Position numbers and translations under genes: made by a program. A model generated the notes under the pieces. That model did not search any database and had not been told where the DNA came from. It worked only from the letters and a program-made list of their open reading frames with translations. A stretch of 64,000 bases of DNA from an uncultured Acidobacteriota bacterium (GTDB lineage Bacteria > Acidobacteriota > Blastocatellia > RBC074), in assembly GCA_963796275.1 (NCBI GenBank), contig CAWCKY010000001.1, positions 736,001 through 800,000 of the forward strand, written 5' to 3'. This document shows positions 41,737 through 52,747 of this stretch, one piece after another (the first letter of the stretch is position 1; each line of letters starts with the position of its first letter).

Positions 41737-43227
41737 ATGAATATGCCTAAATCGAGAATTCTGGTAATAGATGACGATATCAATGTCCTGGACCTGACGA
41801 GATTTCACCTCAGCAGGCACGGGACCGAGGCCACCACGGCCCAAAGCGGAGAAGATGCGCTCACATTGCTCTCTGAGAATCAGTACGATGTGGCGCTGAT
41901 AGACCTTAAACTGCCTGATATCGATGGGATTGATCTGGTCAGCCGCATCAAGGAGTTGTGGCCCGAGATCGAGATCATCGTGATTACCGGGTACAGCTCG
42001 GTGACCAAAGCCGTCGAAGCCACCAAGGCCGGCGCCTTTTATTTCGTCGAGAAACCTGTAAATTATGATGAATTATTGATCCTCATCGGCAAGGCGCTCG
42101 AACGTCGCGAGCAGACGACCGAGATCAAACAACTGCGCGGAAAACTGTCGGATAGAACCTCCTATTACAGTATCATCGGCAAGAGCAAGGCGATGCAGAA
42201 CATCTACGAGATCATCGACAGCGTCGCTCAGTCGGATGCGAACGTCCTGATAATGGGCGAATCGGGGACCGGTAAGGAGCTCGTCGCCAACGCCGTTCAC
42301 TACAAGAGCCTGCGGGGGAGGAAACCATTCGTCAAGATCAACTGCGCCGCTCTGCCTAAAGAATTGATTGAATCAGAGCTCTTCGGACATACCAAGGGAG
42401 CATTCACGGGCGCGGCCAAGGACAAGCAGGGATTGATCGGACAGGCGAACGGCGGCAGCCTTTTGATGGACGAGATCGGCGAGATGCCTTTGGGCCTGCA
42501 GCCGAAGCTGCTTCGCGTATTACAGGAGCGCGTCTATCTTCCACTGGGGAGCGATAAGCCGCAGGAGGTCGATTTCCGCCTGATCTGCGCCACCAACCTC
42601 AACCCGATCGAAGCAATCCGCAATGGTGCTTTGCGGGAAGACCTCTATTACCGGATTAATACCATCGAGATTCACGTGCCGCCCTTGCGCGAACGGGAAG
42701 AAGACGTGGAATACCTGGTCCAACATTTTATCCGCGTTTTCGCCGAGAAATATAATCGACCGATCCAGACGGCATCACAGGAGGCTTATGAGAAATTGTT
42801 CGCGTATAGCTGGCCCGGCAATGTCCGTGAATTACAGAATGTGGTCGAGCGCGCCGTCCTCATGACAAAAGGGACGACGATAGAGGGCAGTTCTTTGCCG
42901 CTCTCAAAAATCGTATTGAAGCCGGTCCAGGAGCAATCCAATTGGAGCCAATCGCACGGCTCAACTGCTGCCCCCTCGAACGGGCCTCAGCAGAAGGAAT
43001 TGGATTTCGACCAGCTATGCCGGCTGCTCGTCAGCCAGCTGACGCCTCCGGGCGTCGAAGGCGATTCTCAGAACATATTCGAAAAACTGGAAGGCGGCAT
43101 CGTTCAGGCAGCGCTTGAACGAACCAGAGGCAATAAGCAGGCGGCGGCCAATCTTCTCGGACTTTACCGGCCGCGTCTTTACAGCATCATCAAGAAACAC
43201 AACCTTTCTGATGCCGCTGGCACTTAA
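41737..43227 (+). CDS. Sigma-54-dependent NtrC-family response regulator
   Basis: REC domain, GESGTGKE, intact GAFTGA, WPGNVREL, Fis-type HTH. Confidence 0.95.
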   Translation: MNMPKSRILVIDDDINVLDLTRFHLSRHGTEATTAQSGEDALTLLSENQYDVALIDLKLPDIDGIDLVSRIKELWPEIEIIVITGYSSVTKAVEATKAGAFYFVEKPVNYDELLILIGKALERREQTTEIKQLRGKLSDRTSYYSIIGKSKAMQNIYEIIDSVAQSDANVLIMGESGTGKELVANAVHYKSLRGRKPFVKINCAALPKELIESELFGHTKGAFTGAAKDKQGLIGQANGGSLLMDEIGEMPLGLQPKLLRVLQERVYLPLGSDKPQEVDFRLICATNLNPIEAIRNGALREDLYYRINTIEIHVPPLREREEDVEYLVQHFIRVFAEKYNRPIQTASQEAYEKLFAYSWPGNVRELQNVVERAVLMTKGTTIEGSSLPLSKIVLKPVQEQSNWSQSHGSTAAPSNGPQQKELDFDQLCRLLVSQLTPPGVEGDSQNIFEKLEGGIVQAALERTRGNKQAAANLLGLYRPRLYSIIKKHNLSDAAGT

Positions 43228-43643
43228 TCGTAACCGAGCCAACTAAAGTTGATTGTGATCAAAAGATATTGAGCGGCCCCGGACGCCCCTTTATCTTTTG
43301 ATTGATGACAATATTCTTCACAAGTCCCCCGGAAGAATCGCTTGACCTCTGACGTACAATTGACCAGAGCGCGCGAGGCGCCGCGCGCCACCGGTGACCA
43401 ATTCATCTGCAATCTGTTGATGTAACTTACAATTGAGCCCCGTAGCGAGCATCGCACCGGCCCGGAGAGATCATAGATTACCGGGTAGCCCCGCATTCGC
43501 TGACTGTGTTAAGATATGTTGCTTTCATGAGACAAAAATTGGTGTCTAGATATTGGTGTCTATATAGTCGATATAAAGGTGTGGGAGCTCTTCAGCTCCC
43601 ACTCGTTTAAAGAGGAGCGCGTTAAAGAGGAGGAAGATCGTAG

Positions 43644-44772
43644 ATGCTGGATACATTTGCGTTATTAGAATTGCGCGAACGGAATGAGGAATTAAAGCGC
43701 CGCGTAGTCGAACTGAGGAGGTTTCTTTGACCCGGAAGCCAAGCGAGCCGAGCTGCGAAAGCTCGAAGAAGAGATAGCCAACCCCCATTTCTGGAACGAT
43801 CAAGAGAAAGCTCAGAAGATTTTACAACACCGCGCGCGGCTTGAGCGCGCCGTCGAGAAGGCCGAAAACCAGGCGCGGCTCGTGGATGATATCGAGGTGT
43901 TATTTGAATTCGCCGAAGCGGACGATGCCTCTGCTACTGAGTTGCTCGAATCGGTCGCGCGATTGACCGGAGAGGTCGAAGCGAGCGAAACGCAAATGCT
44001 GCTCGGCGGCGAAAATGATCAGCGCAACGCCATCGTCGCCATCAATGCGGGGGCCGGCGGCACCGATGCACAGGATTGGGCTGAGATGCTGCTGCGGATG
44101 TATCTGCGCTGGACTGAGAGGCGTGGCTTCAGGGTCGAGCTGATCGATACTCAACCCGGTGAAGAGGCCGGCATCAAATCCGCCACCTTTCGGGTCGAGG
44201 GAGAGTATGCTTACGGTCTGCTCTCGAGCGAAGTCGGGGTACATCGACTGGTGCGGCAATCGCCGTTCAATTCCGGCCAGAGCCGCGAGACAAGTTTCGC
44301 TTCTGTCTTCGTCACACCTGAAATAGACGAAGAGATCGAAGTCGATATCCTCGATAAAGACCTGCGGATCGATACGTATCGTTCGACCGGCGCAGGCGGA
44401 CAGCACATCAATACGACCGATTCTGCCGTGCGTATCACTCACGTCCCGACCGGAATCGTCGTCACTTGTCAGAATCAGCGTTCGCAGCATCAGAACCGTG
44501 AGGTCGCATTTAAGGTCTTACGGTCGCGGCTCTACGAACTCGAACTTGCCAAGAAGAGGGCTGAAACGGACCGGCTCGCCGAATCCAAGCGCGATATCTC
44601 TTTCGGCTCTCAGATACGCAACTACGTGCTACACCCATACCGCTTAGTCAAGGATGTGCGCACGAAACATGAAACGAGCGATGTTGACGCGGTGCTGGAC
44701 GGGGAGCTCGACGATTTCATCAAAGAATTTTTGATCTCGAAAAGAGGAGTTGCAGCGTATGGCAACCCGTAA
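43644..44772 (+). CDS. prfB: Peptide chain release factor 2 with programmed +1 frameshift
   Basis: ATG 43644; AGGAGG-TTT-CTT-TGA-C at 43716-43731; continues in the +1 frame (DPEAKR...) to the SPF and GGQ motifs. Confidence 0.97.
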
Positions 44773-47419
44773 ACCAGTAACATCCACCCCTGAGCGGCGC
44801 CGCAGCGCCTGGAATGACGGCCCCTGGAACGAGATTGCCGGAATTATCCTCATCGGGATAGGTTTGGTGGTCTTGATTGCGCTGCTGAGCTATACATCGA
44901 ACGATCCTTCCTGGAACACCACCGGGAAGAACCAGCCGGCGCACAACTTGATCGGGCCGGTCGGAGCGAACATCGCCGATATGCTTTTTCAGATGTTCGG
45001 TCTGGCCGCTCTTCTCGTTCCGTTCACCTTCGGTCTGGCGGGATTGTGGCAGTGGCAGGATGATCGCACTCAGCTCCATAAACCGAAAATACTCGGCATC
45101 ATTCTCATGATTATCTCGCTGACCGGCGCTTTGACGATGATCGGCTCGGATCGTCCGGACGATTATTATCTCGGTGGTTTTGTCGGGCGCTGGCTGCTAT
45201 ATGCGGATAAAATCGGATTATCCTACTTGCTCGGCCCGATGGGGGCGATCGTCGCCCTTCTCATCGCCTTTATCTCCGGCCTGGTCATCGCAACCGATTT
45301 TTCAATCATCGGAATAGTGATGCGCCGTGATCAGTACGACCGCGAACCGGGCATGTTCTCATTTCTCGGACAAAGGTTACGCAGTTGGCGACAGGAGCGA
45401 GACACTATTCGCGGGCAGAAAGAGACGGCTGACCAGCTCAAGGAAAAGCTGCAACAACGCCGGCGTATGCCTGTGATTGCGCGGCCGCCCGGGAACCAGA
45501 AAGATGAGATCAAGATCAAGACTATACCTTCTGCCGGGTCGAAAGGCGCGACGCGGGTGCGCGCGCAAGAACAGCAGTTACGGAACACGACCGAATATGA
45601 TGAAAATATAGCGGAAGACTTAACTCCCGCATTGTCCTCGCCATATGAAGACGACATCCCTCCGGCCGCACCTCCGAAGGTGAAAGCGACTCCAGCGAAC
45701 GGTTCAACTGCGCGTACGCAAGCGCGAATCGAGCGAAGGCCGGTTGAACCGGAACTCGACGATTCATACCTGGATGGCGATCTGCCGGCTGACGACACCG
45801 GTGACGTCCAATCGGCAGCGGCGGCGCGCACGGTTGACGAGATGATGGCGACCGCTTCCGTCAAACGAGCGGATACCAAGATGGATGAGCCGGAGAAGGT
45901 CTCGAAGGTCAAGAAGGTTGCCACAGTGATCACGCGGTTGGTGACGGATTACAAACTGCCTTCGACCGAGATGCTGACGCCGCCATCGCCACGTTCCGAG
46001 ATGGAAGAGACGGAACTCTTGGACCGCGCCCGTCAGCTGGCCGAGAAATGTGCGGAGTTCAACGTCTCGGGGCAGGTTAAACAGATCAGCCCTGGCCCGG
46101 TCGTGACGACCTTCGAGTTCAAGCCAGATCCGGGAGTTAAATACAGCCGCGTCACGAGCCTCGTCGACGACCTCTGCCTCGCGCTTCGAGCCGAATCCAT
46201 TCGCATCGATCGCATTCCCGGGAAATCTACGGTCGGCATCGAGGTCCCGAACTCGCAGCGTGAAACCATCCGATTGCGCGAGGTGATCGAATCGAAGAAG
46301 TTCCGCGAATCGGGATCGAAGCTCACGATCGCGCTGGGCAAAACCATCGATGGATCGAACTACGTGGCCGATCTGTCCAAGATGCCGCATCTATTGATCG
46401 CGGGCGCGACCGGCGCGGGCAAATCGGTCATGCTCAATGCGATTCTCATCTCGCTCCTGTACAAGGCGAATCCCAACGACGTTAAAATGATACTGGTCGA
46501 CCCGAAGCGCCTGGAGCTCGGACTTTATGTCGACATCCCGCATTTGCTGACCCCTATCGTCACCGATCCGAAGCGCGCCAGCTACGCGCTCAAATGGGCG
46601 GTCTCAGAGATGGAGACGCGCTATAAACATCTGGCCGCATTCGGCGTGCGCAATATTGAGCAATACAACAATGACGTCTGCGGGACGGTAGACCGTAAGA
46701 TGGCGGACGAGAGCGGCGAGTTACCGTCGCCCCTGCCTTACATCGTGGTGATCATCGACGAGCTCTCGGACCTCATGATGGTCTCGGCTCGTGACGTCGA
46801 AGAGAGCATCACGCGGCTCGCTCAAATGGCGCGTGCGGTCGGCATTCACCTCGTCCTTGCAACACAGCGTCCCTCGGTCGACGTCATCACGGGTCTGATC
46901 AAGGCCAACTTCCCGTCGCGTATTTCGTTCCGCGTTTCATCAAAGGTCGATTCGCGCACAATCATCGATACGAATGGGGCCGAAGCATTGCTCGGCTCGG
47001 GAGATATGCTCTTCCTTCCGCCCGGCACCTCACGCCTGGTGCGCGTGCACGGCGCATATATCGATGAAAAAGAGGTCAAGCGTATCGGCGATTTCGTGCG
47101 CTCGCAAGGCAAGCCCGCATACGATGATAAGGTCGTCATGAGCGAAAAAGAGGCGGATGGTGGGGAAGGAAGCGAGCTCGCAAAAGACGAGAAATATGAT
47201 GATGCCGTGCGAATCGTAGTCCAGAGCGGGAAAGCCTCGACCTCGCTCCTGCAGCGCCACCTGCGAATCGGCTATGGCCGCGCGGCTTCAATGATAGATA
47301 TGATGTACCGCGAGGGCATCGTCGGCCCTGAGGATGGGAGCAAGCCGCGGCAGGTTTTGGTTAAAGCGGATTTTCTTGAACGTCTCAATCAAATTCGTGA
47401 AGAAGAGAATATCAGATGA
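44759..47419 (+). CDS. ftsK: DNA translocase FtsK
   Basis: N-terminal TM segments, GPVVT, GATGAGKS, IDELSDLMM, ATQRPS, gamma domain LQRHLRIGYGRA. Confidence 0.96.
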   Translation: MATRKPVTSTPERRRSAWNDGPWNEIAGIILIGIGLVVLIALLSYTSNDPSWNTTGKNQPAHNLIGPVGANIADMLFQMFGLAALLVPFTFGLAGLWQWQDDRTQLHKPKILGIILMIISLTGALTMIGSDRPDDYYLGGFVGRWLLYADKIGLSYLLGPMGAIVALLIAFISGLVIATDFSIIGIVMRRDQYDREPGMFSFLGQRLRSWRQERDTIRGQKETADQLKEKLQQRRRMPVIARPPGNQKDEIKIKTIPSAGSKGATRVRAQEQQLRNTTEYDENIAEDLTPALSSPYEDDIPPAAPPKVKATPANGSTARTQARIERRPVEPELDDSYLDGDLPADDTGDVQSAAAARTVDEMMATASVKRADTKMDEPEKVSKVKKVATVITRLVTDYKLPSTEMLTPPSPRSEMEETELLDRARQLAEKCAEFNVSGQVKQISPGPVVTTFEFKPDPGVKYSRVTSLVDDLCLALRAESIRIDRIPGKSTVGIEVPNSQRETIRLREVIESKKFRESGSKLTIALGKTIDGSNYVADLSKMPHLLIAGATGAGKSVMLNAILISLLYKANPNDVKMILVDPKRLELGLYVDIPHLLTPIVTDPKRASYALKWAVSEMETRYKHLAAFGVRNIEQYNNDVCGTVDRKMADESGELPSPLPYIVVIIDELSDLMMVSARDVEESITRLAQMARAVGIHLVLATQRPSVDVITGLIKANFPSRISFRVSSKVDSRTIIDTNGAEALLGSGDMLFLPPGTSRLVRVHGAYIDEKEVKRIGDFVRSQGKPAYDDKVVMSEKEADGGEGSELAKDEKYDDAVRIVVQSGKASTSLLQRHLRIGYGRAASMIDMMYREGIVGPEDGSKPRQVLVKADFLERLNQIREEENIR

Positions 47420-48051
47420 AGCTCCAACTGGCACTGGACACTCCAGACCTGGCTCATGAGCTTGAATTGGCCGGGAAAGTTGCGGCCCATGTCGATCTGA
47501 TCGAGGCCGGGACTCCATTGTTGATTCGCGAAGGTATCAGGGCCGTGCGCGAGTTACGGCGGCGTCATCGCGGTCGCCCGATCGTCGCGGATATCAAGGT
47601 AATCGATGCCGGTGAGCCGATTGCGGAATTGGCGTTCGCGGCCGGAGCCAATGTCGTCACAGTGCTCGGATGCGCCACAGATGAGGTTATCGAGAGAGTG
47701 GTACGCTCGGCTAAACGATATGACGGCCATGTCATGGCTGACAGTCTAAGCGTCGAGAATATCACGGAGAGGGCTCAACAATTGAGTCAGTTGGGCGTCG
47801 ATTCGCTCTGCATCAACAGGCGCGGGATAAAAAAAGTCAGAAATCGCGAGGAAAGAATCAGCCAGATCGGAGAATTGATCGAAGGGATCGAACTCCCGAT
47901 CTACCTGGCCGGCGGCATCGACATCACGGAACTGACGCTCCTCCGCGACCTTCCTCTCGCAGGCGTAATCATCGGAGCAGCTATAGCAGAAGCAGCATCT
48001 CCGCTCGATGCGGCAAAGAAGATGCGAGCAGTACTGGATTGGAAGAGATGA
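47416..48051 (+). CDS. OMP decarboxylase/HUMPS-family protein (hexulose-6-phosphate synthase-like)
   Basis: MKLQLALD, IEAGTPL, ADIKVIDAG, AGGI; ATGA overlap with ftsK. Confidence 0.8.
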   Translation: MKLQLALDTPDLAHELELAGKVAAHVDLIEAGTPLLIREGIRAVRELRRRHRGRPIVADIKVIDAGEPIAELAFAAGANVVTVLGCATDEVIERVVRSAKRYDGHVMADSLSVENITERAQQLSQLGVDSLCINRRGIKKVRNREERISQIGELIEGIELPIYLAGGIDITELTLLRDLPLAGVIIGAAIAEAASPLDAAKKMRAVLDWKR

Positions 48052-48321
48052 GCCGTATCTGAAGAAATACAAAAAAGGCGTATACACGTAAGAACCTGTA
48101 GATATGGGGTTTTTTCGTTTATTCCGCTGAAATAGTTTATTTCAACTTACGATTTACAAACTTCGTATGATTATAGAGTTACTAGAGACAAAGAGCTGAT
48201 GTTATATCTATCTTAAATCTTCAGATGTACAAATCAAGTTGAGTAAGATATTTTTCAACGCTGTAGTGAGAAGGTATACTTTTCTTCTTATAACAGAGTT
48301 CAGTTTGATAGGTAATTATAT

Positions 48322-48939
48322 ATGTTTCGCTTGTTGCCTAGGGAAGAGAAGTACTTCGATCTTTTCAATCGCGTCGCACAGCAGCTTAATATCTGCGCAC
48401 AGCTGCAGCAGAAATTGTTCGATGATTTCGATAATCGCGTCGAGTATGCGAATCAGATCAAAGATATCGAGCACATATGCGATGAGCTCACTCATGACAT
48501 AGTTAAACGCCTCAACAAAACCTTCATCACGCCTATTGATCGGGAAGACATTCACGCTCTGGCGACTGGATTGGATGACGTGGTCGACGCCATTGAATAT
48601 ACGGCGCGGCGCGTCGTTTTGTATCATCTGGAAGAACCTACCGAGCACACGCGCAAGATGAGCGACGTCCTGGTTCGGCTGGCACTCAAGCTGGAAGACG
48701 CGGTCAACGCGCTCGAACATGATGGCCAGCGAGTGCTTCAGATTTGCACGGTAATTCACACGCTCGAGGAAGAGGGCGACACTTACCACCACGATGCCGT
48801 CGACAAGCTCTTCGCCCATGAACGAGACCCGATAACCATCCTCAAAACAAAAGAGATTTACGAAAAGTTGGAACGCACGATCGATAAATGCGAAGACGTT
48901 GCCAACGTCCTCGAGACCATCGTGCTTAAGAATGCATAG
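48322..48939 (+). CDS. DUF47 phosphate transport regulator
   Basis: EHICD, LNKTFITPIDREDI, LEEEGD; upstream of PiT. Confidence 0.9.
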   Translation: MFRLLPREEKYFDLFNRVAQQLNICAQLQQKLFDDFDNRVEYANQIKDIEHICDELTHDIVKRLNKTFITPIDREDIHALATGLDDVVDAIEYTARRVVLYHLEEPTEHTRKMSDVLVRLALKLEDAVNALEHDGQRVLQICTVIHTLEEEGDTYHHDAVDKLFAHERDPITILKTKEIYEKLERTIDKCEDVANVLETIVLKNA

Positions 48940-48941
48940 TT

Positions 48942-49952
48942 ATGTCTACGACGTTTGCGCTTGTTTCGCTGATCATCGTCGTCGCTCTGATCTTCGATTA
49001 CACCAATGGGTTTCATGACGCCGCCAACTCGATAGCGACCGTGGTATCGACCAGAGTGCTGACGCCGGGCCGGGCAGTAATGATGGCGGCCTTCTTCAAT
49101 TTCGTCGCAGCCTTCACATTCGGAACGGGAGTGGCGAAAACCGTCGGTAAGGGTTTGGTTGACCTCAATCTGGTCAACGAATGGGTGATCTTGGCCGGGG
49201 TGCTGGGCGCGATCGCCTGGAACATCATCACGTGGTACCTCGGCTTGCCGACCAGTTCGTCTCATGCGCTGGTCGGAGGTTACGCCGGGGCGGCAGTGGT
49301 GAAATCAGGGTTCGCCGCCCTCGTCTGGACTAAATGGCCGGATGGATGGGCCGGGACGCTTTCATTCATGATCCTCTCTCCGATCATCGGGCTTATTCTC
49401 GGGACTAGTCTTATGGTCGCGGTCGCCTGGACCTTCCGCAATTTTGCGCCATCGAGAGTGGACCGGCTCTTCCGCATCCTGCAATTGATGTCAGCATCGG
49501 TCTATAGCCTCGCACACGGGCTCAATGACGCTCAGAAGACGATGGGGATCATGTTCGCCGCGCTGGTTACCGGTAATTTCCTCGGTCAAACGGCAGAGAT
49601 CCCGATCTGGGTCATCCTCTCGGCGCACGCCGCAATCGCGCTCGGCACGCTTTCAGGCGGTTGGAGGATCGTCAAAACAATGGGAACGAAGATAACGAAG
49701 CTCAAGCCCGTCGGCGGATTCTGTGCAGAGACTGGCGGCGCTATTTCGATACTTATGGTCTCAGCTCTGGGGATTCCAGTGTCGACCACGCAGACAATCA
49801 CCGGGGCCATCATCGGTGTGGGGTCGACTTCGAGATTATCCGCCGTGAGGTGGGGGGTTGCGGGGCGAGTGCTCTGGGCATGGGTCCTTACTATCCCTAT
49901 GTCTGCTCTTATCTCGGCAATTATTTACGGCATTATCTCGATTTTCATGTAA
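48942..49952 (+). CDS. pit: Inorganic phosphate transporter (PiT family)
   Basis: NGFHDAANSIAT, GLPTSSSHA, HGLNDAQKTMG, PVSTT. Confidence 0.93.
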   Translation: MSTTFALVSLIIVVALIFDYTNGFHDAANSIATVVSTRVLTPGRAVMMAAFFNFVAAFTFGTGVAKTVGKGLVDLNLVNEWVILAGVLGAIAWNIITWYLGLPTSSSHALVGGYAGAAVVKSGFAALVWTKWPDGWAGTLSFMILSPIIGLILGTSLMVAVAWTFRNFAPSRVDRLFRILQLMSASVYSLAHGLNDAQKTMGIMFAALVTGNFLGQTAEIPIWVILSAHAAIALGTLSGGWRIVKTMGTKITKLKPVGGFCAETGGAISILMVSALGIPVSTTQTITGAIIGVGSTSRLSAVRWGVAGRVLWAWVLTIPMSALISAIIYGIISIFM

Positions 49953-50080
49953 AGCGTGCGGCGCCTGCCGATGGCTAAAACCGCGACCGCGGGGCGCTCA
50001 ACGGCGGCGCCGAATCGAGTCTCTCAAACTCACTATACATTTTCCTTCAGCACGCAAACATACTTCAGGATTTTTAACGC

Positions 50081-52651
50081 TCACTGTTTTTCCACTACCG
50101 GTTCATTGGGATAAAGTATTTGATAGGCGGCGTAATAGTTCATTACTTTGAAAACGTAATCCTTCGTCTGCTTCTTCAACACTTCGATCACAAAGCGATC
50201 GATATCCTGACTCCCCGAACGCGCCCGCCATCGCCGCACTGAATCCTCGCTGCCGTTATAAGCCGCAGCGGCTGCCTGCGGCGAGCCGAATTCATCGAGA
50301 AGGTTTTTCAGATACTGGGAACCGAAAAGTATTGCGACATCGGGATCATAGAGATCGTTCTGTTCGAAATCGTTGAGCTTAAGCTGCTCGGCGATCTGGT
50401 TCGCCGTCGAACTTATGAACTGCATCATACCTCGTGCGGCCGCATAACTTTTGACACCCGGTTCGTAACGGCTCTCCTGCCTCACGATAGAGAGCACGAA
50501 CCGCGGATCGACGCCGCGCCCCTGTGCCTGCCGGGCGAGGCTATGACGGTATGGGTATGGGTAAAAGACCTCTGCCCAATCGCGGGGCAATAATTCGAGT
50601 CGGTAGTCCGCCGGCAGTGAATTCAAGATCGGCTCTGAATATTCGATGGTTTTATTCGCGCAATTCCCCCGAGCACATAGGAGCGCGAGCGACGGCCTGG
50701 GCGGTTGGGTCTGAGCGAGTTCCGAGGCTCCTTCGTCATAGAGACCGAGAAAGAGCAATTCTGCGGCGATCGTCTGATGGCTGTTCCCATTCGCAGGAGC
50801 TGTCCCCGCATCTAGCGGGAAAGCCCTTCCGGCATTCGTTATTGTGATATTCTGTAACTGATATCCGCGCAGCTCGCCATATGCTGCACGCAAAACTTTC
50901 AGCATCTCTTCGCGCGCCTTGTCGTTGAGGTCTAGCCTCAGGGCCTGGTGGGCGGCATTTTTTGCGGCGGCAGGGTCGCCGTTCGCATGCGCAATGCGCG
51001 CGTCAGCCAGAAACCGGTCGCGACGCTTATTGACCATGTTTCTGGCCCGCGTATCAAAGGTCAGCTTCCGCAACCGCTCGGTTGCGCGCCGGCTGTAATA
51101 TCCGGCAGCACCGTTTCCCCGGTTAGCTCCGTCGCGCACTTCAACGAGCGAGAGATATTCGGTGATCGCCCCGTCCATTTGCCCGAGCTTTTCCAGGCAG
51201 TAACCGCGCATAAACGTGACTTCAGACGCACTGGTCGATGCGGTGAGTCCTCGCGCATTGAGGTTCTTCGAACGAAGCGCGGTGAAATCGGCGAGGGCCG
51301 ACGCAAAATTTTCCTGCGCCAATCGGATATTCGCCTGTTTGAAGAGAGCCGTGACGCTAAAAAACTGGGCCTGGAGGTTCGTTTGGGCACGGGCCGCCCA
51401 CTTCAGCGCATCCGCCGGACGACCCGCCGACCGCAGAGTGTCGATCGCGTTGAGATACGCATAACCCACAAAATCGCTTTTGGGGTAGGCTTTTAGAAAT
51501 TCCTCGTATCGCGCGATTGCGCGGTCCGCATCATTGAGATACTGATAACAGTGACCGATGTAATAGAAACCTTCTTCGCCTTCATCCGTCTGGGGCAACT
51601 CTTGATGGACCTGGCGGTACCATTTGATGGCATCGATGTACTGGTAATCGAGGAAATAACCGCGGCCAAGCTGAAACAGAATCTCCGCGCGCCCGGCGCT
51701 GGCGGGAAAGTCCCTGGCGAGAACCAGCCAGTGATTGCGCGCTTCGGAGAATTGGCGATTGAATTGGTAGACGCGGGCTCGGCGCAATCGCTCGGCTTCG
51801 GTAAGGACAATCATCGGCTGCCCGGGCTGCCCCGATTGCCCCGTTTGATTGTTCAGCCGGTCGAGCCCCCTGACTGCCCTGAGCGAGGCATCATCCAATG
51901 AGCCGTTCGATAGTACCGCTTCGAATGAGAGGCGCGCAGGGGCGGCTTGACCGAGCGCAAGCTGAGCATCGCCGATCATCGCCGTCGCATCGCGGCGAGG
52001 ACCGCCCAACAAGCGTAGGGTATCGATAGCCGCACGGTAGTTCGCTGTTTTAAAGTAACTCTCGCTCAATCGTTCGATGGCCCGTTCCCGCAGCAAATGA
52101 TCGCTGAATTGCGAGATGAATTTCTGAAGCAGCTGCTGTTCTTCAGGGGGATGGCTCGTCGCGCGCTCGATCTCAGCCTGATGCCAGAGCGCATATCCGC
52201 TAAGAGGCGAGTTGCGCGAGATAACATTCTTGAACATTGAACTCGCTTCAGCATTCGCTTCTCGCCATTTCAACAGACGCGCGAGGAGATAATCATAATT
52301 ATTACGGGCAAATGCGTCTCCGGAAAGGCTCATCATCCTGCCGAGAATTTGTTCGGCGGCACGATAGTCGCCACGATCCATGACAGCCATTAAGAGTTTA
52401 TGCTGCTGGGGAGATATTTGAGTCTTTGTTGTGGATACGGGAATTGAAAGGAAGACGAAACAGAAGATAAAAATTAAGGATCTGTACTGAGAGCGAGTAT
52501 TCGCCGCGGCAGAGCATAAATCGCGGATGTTTAGTAGCAGTGGGATAAATATATTCTCAATAATTATCTCGCCGCGTCTCCTCCGCGGTCTCTGCTTCTC
52601 CTCGGTCAATCGACATTTATCGACTCGCTCATTCCGAACGGATTCGCGCAT
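50081..52651 (-). CDS. Soluble lytic transglycosylase with TPR repeats (start uncertain)
   Basis: TPR-rich body; SLT motifs RQESR, ARGMMQF, AAYNG. Confidence 0.88.
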   Translation of the reverse strand: MRESVRNERVDKCRLTEEKQRPRRRRGEIIIENIFIPLLLNIRDLCSAAANTRSQYRSLIFIFCFVFLSIPVSTTKTQISPQQHKLLMAVMDRGDYRAAEQILGRMMSLSGDAFARNNYDYLLARLLKWREANAEASSMFKNVISRNSPLSGYALWHQAEIERATSHPPEEQQLLQKFISQFSDHLLRERAIERLSESYFKTANYRAAIDTLRLLGGPRRDATAMIGDAQLALGQAAPARLSFEAVLSNGSLDDASLRAVRGLDRLNNQTGQSGQPGQPMIVLTEAERLRRARVYQFNRQFSEARNHWLVLARDFPASAGRAEILFQLGRGYFLDYQYIDAIKWYRQVHQELPQTDEGEEGFYYIGHCYQYLNDADRAIARYEEFLKAYPKSDFVGYAYLNAIDTLRSAGRPADALKWAARAQTNLQAQFFSVTALFKQANIRLAQENFASALADFTALRSKNLNARGLTASTSASEVTFMRGYCLEKLGQMDGAITEYLSLVEVRDGANRGNGAAGYYSRRATERLRKLTFDTRARNMVNKRRDRFLADARIAHANGDPAAAKNAAHQALRLDLNDKAREEMLKVLRAAYGELRGYQLQNITITNAGRAFPLDAGTAPANGNSHQTIAAELLFLGLYDEGASELAQTQPPRPSLALLCARGNCANKTIEYSEPILNSLPADYRLELLPRDWAEVFYPYPYRHSLARQAQGRGVDPRFVLSIVRQESRYEPGVKSYAAARGMMQFISSTANQIAEQLKLNDFEQNDLYDPDVAILFGSQYLKNLLDEFGSPQAAAAAYNGSEDSVRRWRARSGSQDIDRFVIEVLKKQTKDYVFKVMNYYAAYQILYPNEPVVEKQ

Positions 52652-52747
52652 ATCCTTATTTTTACCTCAACTTGTCGCTCTCAACCTTTTTGTCTACACT
52701 ATGGTTTCGCGTACACGTGCCCAAATTTCAACATAACGCTGTATCTT

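Noticed and set aside
43224-43496. 90-aa minus-strand ORF upstream of prfB
   Set aside because: No RBS or family motif recognised, so it cannot be supported
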